64,000 nucleotides of DNA from Ylistrum balloti. Lineage: Eukaryota. The stretch is taken from contig NW_026782003.1 in the NCBI RefSeq assembly GCF_031769215.1, forward strand, positions 3,720,001-3,784,000, read 5' to 3'. Both the position numbers and the translations under genes were made by a program. The notes beneath the pieces were generated by a model, which worked only from the letters and a program-made list of their open reading frames with translations, did no database searches and was not told where the DNA came from. Shown one piece after another: positions 13,101 to 25,100 of this stretch; within the stretch, counting starts at the first letter, position 1, and every line of letters begins with the position of its first letter.

Positions 13101-16100
13101 CTTCACCAAACTGATCCGTGATGGGTCTGTATCCTACACCTACAGTGACATGTTCCTGGACAGTTCTCTCATTATTCCTACACTGATAGGTTTCCCTCTG
13201 AACCTGACAGTCAACGGCACCCTGACCACTGGACTGACAGGCACGGGACAGATTGACCTGCGCAAACCAAAGTCCCTGATGTTGATCAATGGAAACATAG
13301 AGCCAAGGTAGATATGTGAAGATTGAGGATAATACATTGAGGAAATCAGTCAGACCTTCACATCCTTTTATAATATATATGTTATAAGGAGGATTTTCTT
13401 AAAATTTTCTTAGAGAGACAATGTGTCAATGCCTTAAAGTACACTTTCATAAGAAATATATATGAAATAGTTTTCATTTTCTTTTAAAATTATGATGGTT
13501 TAACTTCATGTTGAAACAGTGATTTATTAGAACTACAAATTGATTTATTTAAGTTTCGTAAAGTGTATTAAATATGCAGATAAACCACAAAGAATCAAAT
13601 TCATGTGTTTCCTAGTGGAGCTGTTGCCATCTCTGCGATGATGAGTGTAGATGCATTCATCACCAAGGGTGGAATGAAAATGGTGTCCACCTTACACACA
13701 AGTACTGCTATTAGAGGAAAACTGGAGCTAGCCAACAACAAAGACTTCACTTTGGAACTAGATTTCCCTCGCAAGAAGTCGGAGGTCATCAACATGGAGT
13801 GAGTCGATGTATTAGATATTAACCAATAGTTACTGTCATTTTCTACAGAAAAAACATTGTCCATTCCTAGAAGTCTAGAGGATCTGAGACAGATTGGTCA
13901 GTTAGGGTGTTGGCCTATTGTAATCTCAAGTGAACATCTGAGGTGTGTGGTTTGCTACTTACTCCCTTCATATGACAGTTGATCTTTCTCAGAAAGCTGA
14001 GAAACAGACTTTTACTGATATGATTGTGTTCTTGGGCAAGACACTTTACTTGCTCTGAAAGGCATGCGAGAGGCCTCCTGTATGTTGTTCAATGAGATGG
14101 ACACCAGCTACTACAAAGAGACCACACCTAAAAATAACCCTGGCTGTTCCCGCGGCAGTAAACAAAAGTCTTTGTAATATAAGTCTAATTTGTTATAGCC
14201 TTTTTCTCATAATTCAGAATCTTTATGATTATGGTTGATGTATTTTCATTGACATTATCTTGACATTTTTCCCAGCTTATGGCTATTGGTCTACAGTTAG
14301 TTTTTTTTTTTTCTTTTTTGCAAACTGAAAATGTTTACCTTAACTTGTGTAGCTATTTTTTTCTCATAACCTAAGAGTGATTATGATTCTTTGTCTCTAG
14401 CTATTGGGGATAAAGTTAAATTTGTACATTTGAGATGGTGAAGTAGTTGCAACAATTCCTTTTACAATTTTAGGTCTTCATTCTTCATGGTGCAGGGAGA
14501 TCAGGTAAAGGCACAGAACATGTTAGACAGCAATGTTGTTAAAACCTCCTTCTGTACAGGAAACACGTTAGCCCGCATAACTGGCCTCAACACCTGTGTC
14601 AGGGCTAGCTTCCCAAACGTCTCTGACAATGCTCCATCGTTTCCCTTCACCGGACCAGTCTCTGTTAATGTTGAGACCATAAATGAGGACCTGCCCAACG
14701 GATATCAGTTTCAGCTGAGGAGAACATCGGTATGTGCCAACACTGAACTTACCTTAAATATGAATGCTGTATGTAAAGAGTTTTTCTATGTTAGTGTTGG
14801 GTGAAGAATTGTGTAATTGTAAAAAGATATTTGGTGAAATTTATGTATTTTTGTACAGTTTGAAAATCATCTTAATTAAACTATTAACAGTCATCATTTT
14901 GGTATTTGTAAATCGTTCTGTATGTTACTTTAAGTGCCATAAAGTTTTGTGTGTAACTTGGTTATCCCTTCAGGTAAACTTTAATAAATAATGCTTAGAT
15001 ATCTTTTTCTGGTAAGCTTGATTTTCATCTTGACAGATAGTGACCTCAAAGTCTGGATAATTGTATGGCACATTAAGTCAATATTTTGGTTCAAAATTTT
15101 TCCATAACTCTTGACTTCAAGTTCAGTTTAAAAACCTTTATTCTCCCTAAAAGGAGAGCATATAGTTCGTGCTATGCCTGTCTATCTGTCCGTTTGTTAG
15201 TCCATCATAATTTTGTCCAGAGCATATCACAAAAACTTTTAGAGGTGTCAACATGAAACTTCATAGGTAGGGTAAATAGATCTCGATAAGGAAAATTGCA
15301 GTGTACAAGAACCATAACTCTATTTGCAATAATTAAGGAATTATTGCCCTTCATTAATTTTTCACACTTAAATTTTGTCAGAATTAGCCCTTTTGGAACT
15401 AGTGTTTACTTAGGGAGTATCCATCGGTTCTACTTATTCTCTTGTTTTTCAAAATTTAAAACGAAAGACATTAAGCAAATATTTGTTCTTACAGACTGAT
15501 GAGCAGACATTGTTTCTGATCTCTTACGATACACCAGGGTCTGTCAGGGACCGAGCTGTTAGTTTTAATGTTGACATTAGACACGTTGATAGAACCATGG
15601 AACTTAACCTGTTGTCACCATGGAAGAAAGCTAGATTTACAGGTAATTATTACACCAAACCTTCATCAATTCAATACTTCCGACGCTCTGATGTTCCTCA
15701 TGGAACAGGAGTCTTCAGAGGTTTGTTTTTATAAGTGTACATTGACATACTTTGTTAAAATCATGTAGAATTTAGATCAGAATTGGTGTTGTCAAGAGCT
15801 TCTAAAATGAGAAATGTCCATGCTCATGCTATTTTCAGTCTTTCCTACCCATGATTAAGGGAACTTTAAATGATACTGCAGTTAATATCTAAATATTAAA
15901 GTGTGCTGTAAATCATATATTTTCTTACTGTTAAATTTAAGTGTTTTAGGAAAAATGTATATGCGTTGAAAATTGGCTTTGTGAATGAATCCTACCCATG
16001 AAATCCACTAATACTAAAATCCTTGTTAGCTTGTACCATCTGTTTATCATGTTTATCATTTCATGAACATTTGAAGTCATGGGTAATGAATTCAGAAAAA

Positions 16101-19100
16101 GTCAACGAAAACAACTTCCCTGTTTCTCCATGAAAATGCAAGATTTTCAATATTTTAAGAATCTATTTCTGAATTTGCATCAATTAAATATTGTTGCAAT
16201 AAGTTACCGTAAATATTCGCGTATAGTGCGCACTCGGTATTGTTTTGCCTTCACCATAAAGTAGATGGGAACATATACCGTAAAAACCCATGTAATGTCC
16301 GCACTTTTTTTCACCGAAAATCAATCCAAAAAAGGGGGTGCGGACATTACAGAGATATAGAGGAAATGACACTTTTTTCCTTCCGACAATTCATATCATA
16401 TCTCCTTGAATTGTGTTCTTAAAAGCCAAGCATATCTGATATTATCGTTCTATGGTTTTTTCTATGATGTTTCCTCAACCAAACATGATTATTTATGATT
16501 ATTTATTATAGTTTCCATGGTTAATTCCTTCCAATTTCTCGTTACAGGTTCGTATTGTGTCGTCCTTCGTAATAGGAAGCCATTTTGTTTGACTTTGTCA
16601 CATGAATAAAGTTAGAGTTATTCCCCTTTCCCCATTGAAAAAGCATACCCATGAGCATATACAAAATAACACAACATTTTCATTCTACATTTTATTTACA
16701 AAATAACAATAAATAACATGTACAAGAATATTACATAAAATAAATAATCAGACGTTTTATTGATTATGGATCGTTTATCAGAAAGTCTTAATACATAGCA
16801 AGCCGGTTTAATAGCGTTTCTCGAAACCCCAGAAGTCGTCGTCGTCACTGTGGAAGAACTCCTCGGCGTTGAAGTTGTCTTCCTCTGTCTGGTCGTTGTA
16901 ATAAATGGCGTTCTCGTCGTCTGATGGTGTGTCAGTAGGGTCAGTGGCGCCGTGGGTCATGGGCGGGTCATGTTACTGTATAGTTATCGTTAATTGGCTA
17001 ATCACACACTGTCACTCACTCACACTCGAGGTGAGGAGACGACCCAAGCTGTTTATAACACTGCTGGGCTAACCCTTATCAAAACACCAATTATCGAAAT
17101 GAGGACTTGTCATACTGGTAAGCTTACTGTACCATTATGGAGAATAACTGTTGTTATAAACAATTAAGTGAATTCTTGAATGGTACCTGTAAGTTATACA
17201 CAATGCGACATGCTCTCGGCCATTACGACATTAGCGTACGTGAAATGAAATCGGCAGCTTCAATTTGCATTTTTTACCCGCGGACATTACATGGAAGGTG
17301 GGTTTTTCCCCCAGATTTTTGTGTCAAAAAAGGGGTGCGGACATTACACATATGCGGACATTACGTGGGTTTTTACGGTAGTGTTGCCCTTGGCTTTCAT
17401 TCTGTCAACATTTGATTTCTATTCATTTCCTTCATTTTGTTTAATTATCTGTTATAAATACCTTTTCAAAAAGGTAACCTGGTGTACACTGAATCCTTGA
17501 AGAAGATTGAAGGTAATCTGGTAATGGATTCCATTAGAACATATGGTGCTGTCTTTGAACTGAAGCGACAAGAGAAGAGGAAAGAAGTCAACTACATACC
17601 ACGTATCCAGATTACAATACCAGGCAAAGATGGTTTCAGCTTAACAGGAAGAGTGGACTATGTGAAGCAGACATCCTTGACTGCAGATTTGATGTTAACT
17701 GGAACTCATGAAGAACCCATCCATATGAATGGTAATTCTGATATACTTATTCTTAAATGTCAGATACGCTGAGTGTATGTTTGTATTTCTTAAATGTCAG
17801 ATACACTGAGTGTGTGTTCGTATTTCTTAAATGTCAGATACACTGAGTGTGTTTGTATTTTTTAAATGTCAGATACACTGAGTGTGTTTGTATTTCTTAA
17901 ATGTCAGATACACTGAGTGTTTGTTTGTATTTCTTAAATGTCAGATACACTGAGTGTGTGTTTGTATTTCTTAAATGTCAGATACACTGAGTGTGTTTGT
18001 ATTTCTTAAATGTCATACACTGAGTGTGTGTTTGTATTTCTTAAATGTCAGATACACTGAGTGTGTGTTTGTATTTTTTAAATGTCAGATACACTGAGTG
18101 TGTGTTTGTATTTCTTAAATGTCAGATACACTGAGTGTGTGTTTGTATTTCTTAAATGTCAGATACACTGAGTGTGTGTTTGTATTTCTTAAATGTCAGA
18201 TACACTGAGTGTGTGTTTGTATTTCTTAAATGTCAGATACACTGAGTGTTTGTTTGTATTTCTTAAATGTCAGATACACTGAGTATATGTTTGTATTTCT
18301 TAAATGTAAGATACACTGAGTGTGTGTTTGTATTTCTTAAATGTCAGATACACTGTGTGTGTTTGTATTTTTTAAATGTCAGATACACTGAGTGTGTGTT
18401 TGTATTTCTTAAATGTCAGATACACTGAGTGTTTGTTTGTATTTTTTAAATGTCAGATACACTGAGTATATGTTTGTATTTCTTAAATGTAAGATACACT
18501 GAGTGTGTGTTTGTATTTCTTAAATGTCAGATACGCTGAGTGTATGTTTGTATTTCTTAAATGTCAGATACACTGAGTGTGTTTGTATTTCTTAAATGTC
18601 ATACACTGAGTGTGTGTTTGTATTTCTTAAATGTCAGATACACTGAGTGTTTCTTCATATTTCATAAATGTCAGATACACTGAGTGTATGTTTGTATTTC
18701 TTAAATGTCAGATACGCTTAGTATATGTTTTTAGCAGTTTCCTTTTCAATATGTATATTTCAGGAGTATGACAGAATATCTATATTTTCAACAAGTGCAA
18801 AGCATGAGTGAAAAATATGCACATATTTTGTCAGATGAGTGAAATATCTATGACATTAAATGGAAACCATCAGATTTTCTTTTTATAACTTTTTCAAATG
18901 AAAAACAAATTTTACGTTGTATTCTGCCATTTTATGCTGTTATCTTGTAAGAGTTGCATACAAAACAGTTTTTATTAACCAAATTTGAGAAAAACCAGAA
19001 ATGTCCACAAGAATTATTTGAAGGAAAACCAACTTCTTCAACCTTTGCTTCATATGTGTCAGAACAAGAAATCAACAAATTTCAATGCAATCACTGCTGT

Positions 19101-22100
19101 GGTTTGTCAAAACTATGAAAGTTATATCATTACTGAAAGTGATGAATTAAGTTTTTATCAATGTAACATTTTATTGGTAAAAATGTATTATATGTATTGG
19201 ATTTCATAAGGTATGGCTGAAGGATCTTTCTATTTCCTTCCTTAATACATTCTGATTTCACTTCCTTGCTTTATCACTGTCTAACATCAGATGTTTTCCT
19301 CTATCATGATACTATTGTACAGTGTTATTATTAATTTTTATGCCCCTGCCATTTATGGCCGGGGGCATATAGCGTTTCCCATGTCCGTCCGTCCCGTCCC
19401 GTCCCGTCCCAAATCAGTATATACCACCTAACAACTTCATTCGGACCTTTCACTATTATTTCACATGGGGGGCGGGGGCATTCATGTCTTACAGACATTT
19501 TCTAGTTTTATTTAGAGTGCTGTCTGATAAGAAAGTGTTCATTACATGATGTTATATTCAGTAATTTAGTCAATACAGTAATGTACATGCTTGAACCAAC
19601 AAAACTACTGGAATCTTTCATTTGACATTGCACTCTATTTCAAGTAAAACTTGCCTTTTCAGGTGTCCTCGTCAGTACTGGAAGACGTAAGAAGGTGGAA
19701 TGGAATGTCCTGATTGGAGATACCATCACATTTGCAGCACTTGTAGATGTACCCTTCACAACATCTGGAAACATAGTTAAGCTGAGTCCAGTGATTTCGG
19801 CCACAATACCAGGTCACCAAGAGTACAACAGCACAGGAGTCCTGGAATATCGTAAAAAGAAGATGATGAAGGCAGACATTACCGTGAATGGTTTCACAGA
19901 GGATCCAATGACATTCCACTGTAAGAACAAATTCACTTTAATGCATATTCTTTGTTAACCTATGATACCACTTATCCTGTCCTCTTGTGGCTGCTAGTTC
20001 TAAATAAGTCGAAATCAGGATATCTCTTCCTTGATGAGGTTAGCTGTAGCAGGGACGTATAATACAATACTGTATTATACGTCCCTGGCTGTAGTATGTA
20101 AAACTGTATTGCAGACTTAATGAAATTCTGGTGTGACTGATCATAAGATATTCAGTGAGACATTCTCACAATTTTTGTAATCGCTGAAACAAAGATGAAA
20201 AACTGTTAAAACATTTACATACAAAACTGCAAATATTTTTGGCGAGAAAATATATGTTGGAAGATATCCTGTGTATTCAGTTTGCATTTGTGATGAATTG
20301 TTTGCAAATTTTAATATTTTTCAGCAATTGTAAAATTCACATCTGCTGAAAAGGGTGTGAAGGTAAAATTCAGCTATGAAAAGAACAAGAACTACGAGGG
20401 AGAGGCGAAGATTATGATCAAACAAATGAAATCTAAATCAACACAGTACCTGGGACATGTTATATTGAAAACCCCAACCAAGTTCCTGGCACAGATCAAG
20501 TCCCGCCTTGTCCACAAAGTTGATGCATCAGCTAAATTTGATCTTGTTGTTGATAAAGTTCTTAAGGTTCCCATCAAAATCAAAGGTAATATGAGATTTT
20601 CTTTTCCATCGCTAATTTTTATATGCTTGATTAAACATTAGAGCGACTTAGTGTAAACTAACTTTCTATCACCTGTGGTTTGGTTTCACAAATTGTCTGG
20701 TCAAAGTAGATAACTGAAAGATAATCACAGCACATAAAGATGGTGTTAATAATCAGTAATTGTAGTGTTGTATAATACAACCTATTGTGTAAACTTAAAT
20801 TATCATGGAATTCAGTAGCTGTGGAAGAATATATTGACTTGCAGTAGCTGTTGTTTTAGGCAGATGTAATGGAGAAAAAACTCAGTGGGCATTGATAAAT
20901 CAATTTGTAATGATATGACCAGAAATACTTACATAAATATGGAATCTAATTGACACTGATAAATCTATTTATGATATGATCAGAAATACTTACATAGATA
21001 TGGAATCTAACTGACACTGATAAATCTATTTATAATATGATCAGAAATACTTACATAGATATGAAATCTAATTGACACCGATAAAAAACTTTTACATAAA
21101 TATGGAATCTAATTGACACTGATAAATCTATTTATACTTACATAGATATGGAATCTAATTGACACTGATAAATCTATTTATAATATGATCAGAAATACTT
21201 ACATAGATATGGAATCTAAATGACACTGATAAATCTATTTATAATAATCAGAAATACTTACATAGATATGAAATCTAATCTATAAATCTATTTATGATAT
21301 GATCAGAAATACTTACATAGATATGGAATCTAATTGACACTGATAATCTATTTATAATATGATCAGAAATACTTACATAGATATGGAATTTAATTGACAC
21401 TGGTAAATCTATTTATAATATGATCAGAAATACTTACATAGATATGGAATTTAATTGACACTGGTAAATCTATTTATACTTACATAGATATGGAATCTAA
21501 TTGACACTGGTAAATCTATTTATACTTACATAGATATGGAATCTAATTGACACTGGTAAATGTATTTATACTTACATAGATATGGAATTTAATTGACACT
21601 GGTAAATCTATTTATACTTACATAGATATGGAATCTAATTGACACTGGTAAATCTATTTATAATATGATCAGAAATACTTACATAAATATGGAATTTAAT
21701 TGACACTGATAAAAAACTTTTAAATAAATATGGAATATAGTGGACACTGATAATACTTTTACATAAGTATGGAATCTTTTGAACACTGATAAATTGTTTT
21801 GTACTGGTATCATAACTTTAACATTAGTATGGACTCAAGTGTAGGTTATGGGTATTACTCTTAATCTTAACTTTCATTTTATCTTTTTGTAGGCTTGGTT
21901 ACAAAAATGACGAAGAAACAATTACGAACGTTTTACAGAGTAACAGTACGCTACACTGGTCCAAAGAAAAGTGATGTCCGGGTTAAATTTGATGTTGACA
22001 AGCGCCAAAATGCTGTTTTCATGAACATCAAATTTTCCTATAATCTACTGAAACTTATACAAGGAGCAAAGGACCAGTTGGACTTCAATGGAAAAATAGT

Positions 22101-25100
22101 TCGCTCGTTAAAGGCAGTACAGTCATACGAGTTAGCTACGTAAGTGTTGAATTTTTCATGGTTTATTCTGAGTTTGAATATTATATATATATACCATATT
22201 TATATTTCTAGGATGAGCTTTAGATAACAAGTATAGCAGTCATTGTAGGAATGATTGGTAGTACATTTTAGATACACTGCATACATTTCATTCCTTCTAC
22301 TGCTATAAAATGTTTTTGAGAAGACATTATTTTGACACGTAGTCAGCAGGTTTATTTCTAAAACAGAATTCTGAATTCAGGCAAAACAGTATTTTCATTT
22401 GAATGGTTCATCTTGATTTGACTATCAGTGTCATTATGTCTTTGTGGTACTTTTTTTCTAGAAATTTCAAATCAAGTAGATTTGGTGTTTACAACAACAA
22501 GATGAACGTGAAAGGATCGTACCGACCTGGAAAACTTGCGGAAGCTGTCCTTGTGTTTGACCATGGCAGAAATTACCTCAACAAAGACAATAAGAGAAGA
22601 GTGTCCTTTAATGCACAAACAAGCTATAAGGTCAAGAGTCCAAATATAGCAGTGGCTTACTCCTTCAGCTGTCGATATCCTTGGCAGGTAAATGGAATTT
22701 TAAAGTCTATGTCTAACAATATGATTAGCTGGAACATTTGAAGCCGATTTATCTAACACATGTTTACCTGCATGAAAACCTATTTTCTGGCATGGCATTT
22801 TATTGGTTTAAGGACTAAAATAATTTTTAGAATAGTGGACAGCTTTGAAACCATGATTTAAATATCAAATATGGAAATTGTAAAATTCATTTAATTTACA
22901 TAGTTGTTTATAAACCACTCATTGATACACATTGGACTAAATATGTACCCAGTACACTCCTGAAAAAAACCCACCAAAAGTCCTTTTTTGCACTGCTGAA
23001 GAGTTGCAGTATATTGACAGCTATTTAACAAAACTCTTATTTTTTCTCTGTTGCAGGCTCTAATTGTCACTTTAGATGGTAACCATTTCCACAACCAACA
23101 GGAAGTTAACTCCAGTATTGCCATAACACATAACACTAAACAGCTGTTTGATGCAGCAATAAGCTACAATGACAACAGCCAGAAAGGTATGCCAAGCTAC
23201 GCAGGGGAGATAGCAATGAATGTTGATGGTCGACCAATAGGAATCAATGCCAGAGTATCTGAAATTAGAGCTCAGGAATATGAGGGAACAATCAGTGTTC
23301 AGCATGAAAGGAAAAAGATAACAACTGTCTCCACAATTTACAAAGCACAAAGTGACAGGGAGAATTCATATGAAGTGACATCTACATTGGAACTGTATGA
23401 TGGAAAGCGAACTGAGGTGACTGCTATTTACACCAACCCCTCTGACACATCTCACAGACTAAACACAGCTGTCCAGTGGTATGACGGAACATCCTTCACA
23501 AGTCAGGGGGCACTCAATGTAGACAGTGGAAGCCCACTGGCTAGTCTAGCTTTTGCATTTGGGTCAAACAGTTATGCCTTGTCTTTGAGTGGTGAGAACA
23601 AACCTGGATACCGACGTGTAGCCAGCGATGTCCAGTACCCAAGCAGGCATATTGTTGTGGAGTTGGGAGCTGGTATGAAACAAAACAAATACATGGTTCT
23701 GGGAGATGTTCAATGGGATGCAGATAACCATGCTGATAGTAGAGTCAAGGTTGAAGGCACTTACAGAAATGAAGGAGCTAAGAACTTTGAGACTGGCGTT
23801 CTTGTTCAGGTACCAAATCATCTGTATTCTGCATTCATTCGCCATTTGAGTACCACTAAATACAACACTGCTATAGAATTTGCATGGGCTCCAACTAAAA
23901 AGATTGGAGCAGAATTTGAATTTGAGAACAGTGTTCGTAAATATCGCACAGATGTCAAAGCTATGGCTGGATTTTCAACTCCATTTGAGAAGTTTGAAGA
24001 GATGAAGACCACTGTCACTTACAACACCAACAAGAGACAGGTTTCATCTTCAATTGCTTTTAAATATGCAAGAGATAAAACTCTGTCATTATCTGTCACT
24101 GCAAAGAAGCCAGTCACCATCAACTCTGTTAACCTCAAATTTATCCTTGGAACGACTCATCCAAGAATTGGCGAGGCAACTATGACCATTTCTCACTTAC
24201 TGTCCAATGACTACACCCACCACACAGCAGAGAGTACATTGGAGTGGGGATCTGGAAGCAGGGCATACTTGGAAACAGCATCTGACTACTCATTGAGGAG
24301 GAAAACAAGATCCTTCAGGCGTGATATTGGATTTGTTTCAAACATTCCTACATGGGAACTAGTTACACTTAATATCACCCATTTAGATGACTTTAGGCAA
24401 TTTGACTCCAAGGCTGTCTACAACAGGAACAAGGAAATCTATCATTATCACATGATTCACGATTTTACAATAAGTGGCAGTCAGGTCCAAAACTCTGGAA
24501 CTTTCAACATTACATCTCCTAAAGATAGTCTGCATTTGGTCTGGTCCCATGAAAACACAGATCGGAATATTGACAGTAGTGCTACCATTTCCTGGAACAA
24601 TGGCCAAAGGTTTGCCACATCATTGTATGGAGATATACAGTACTCCCCTACCATGAGGATTACAGGGCGTTTTGATGCTGAAATACCTTCAACAAAAATC
24701 AGTCGTATAAGAGCTAGGTTTGAACACGCTGATCGTCCTGGGAAGATTAACACAAGTGGTCACATTCATGCTGATGGAGAGAACATCATAACTGTGGAAG
24801 CAAACTATGGTCGCCAACTTGGCAGTGTTGATTATGACATGCAGGCGACAAGCATGTACATGTCACATGATTTTACCACCACTTTAAATACCAGACATGC
24901 TGTAATGCCATACACGGGACAGTTAGAAATTGAATGGGCCCCAGAACAGAGAATAAACATGGCTGGAAACATGAATTTAATTCCTGATATGAAGAAATTT
25001 GATGGCACTTTGACTTTAACCTGTCCTTTCAAATATGCCAGAAATGTTGTAATCACAGCCTCTCATAAATTGGAAGGCTTAGAGTGGGTAGCTGCTACTG

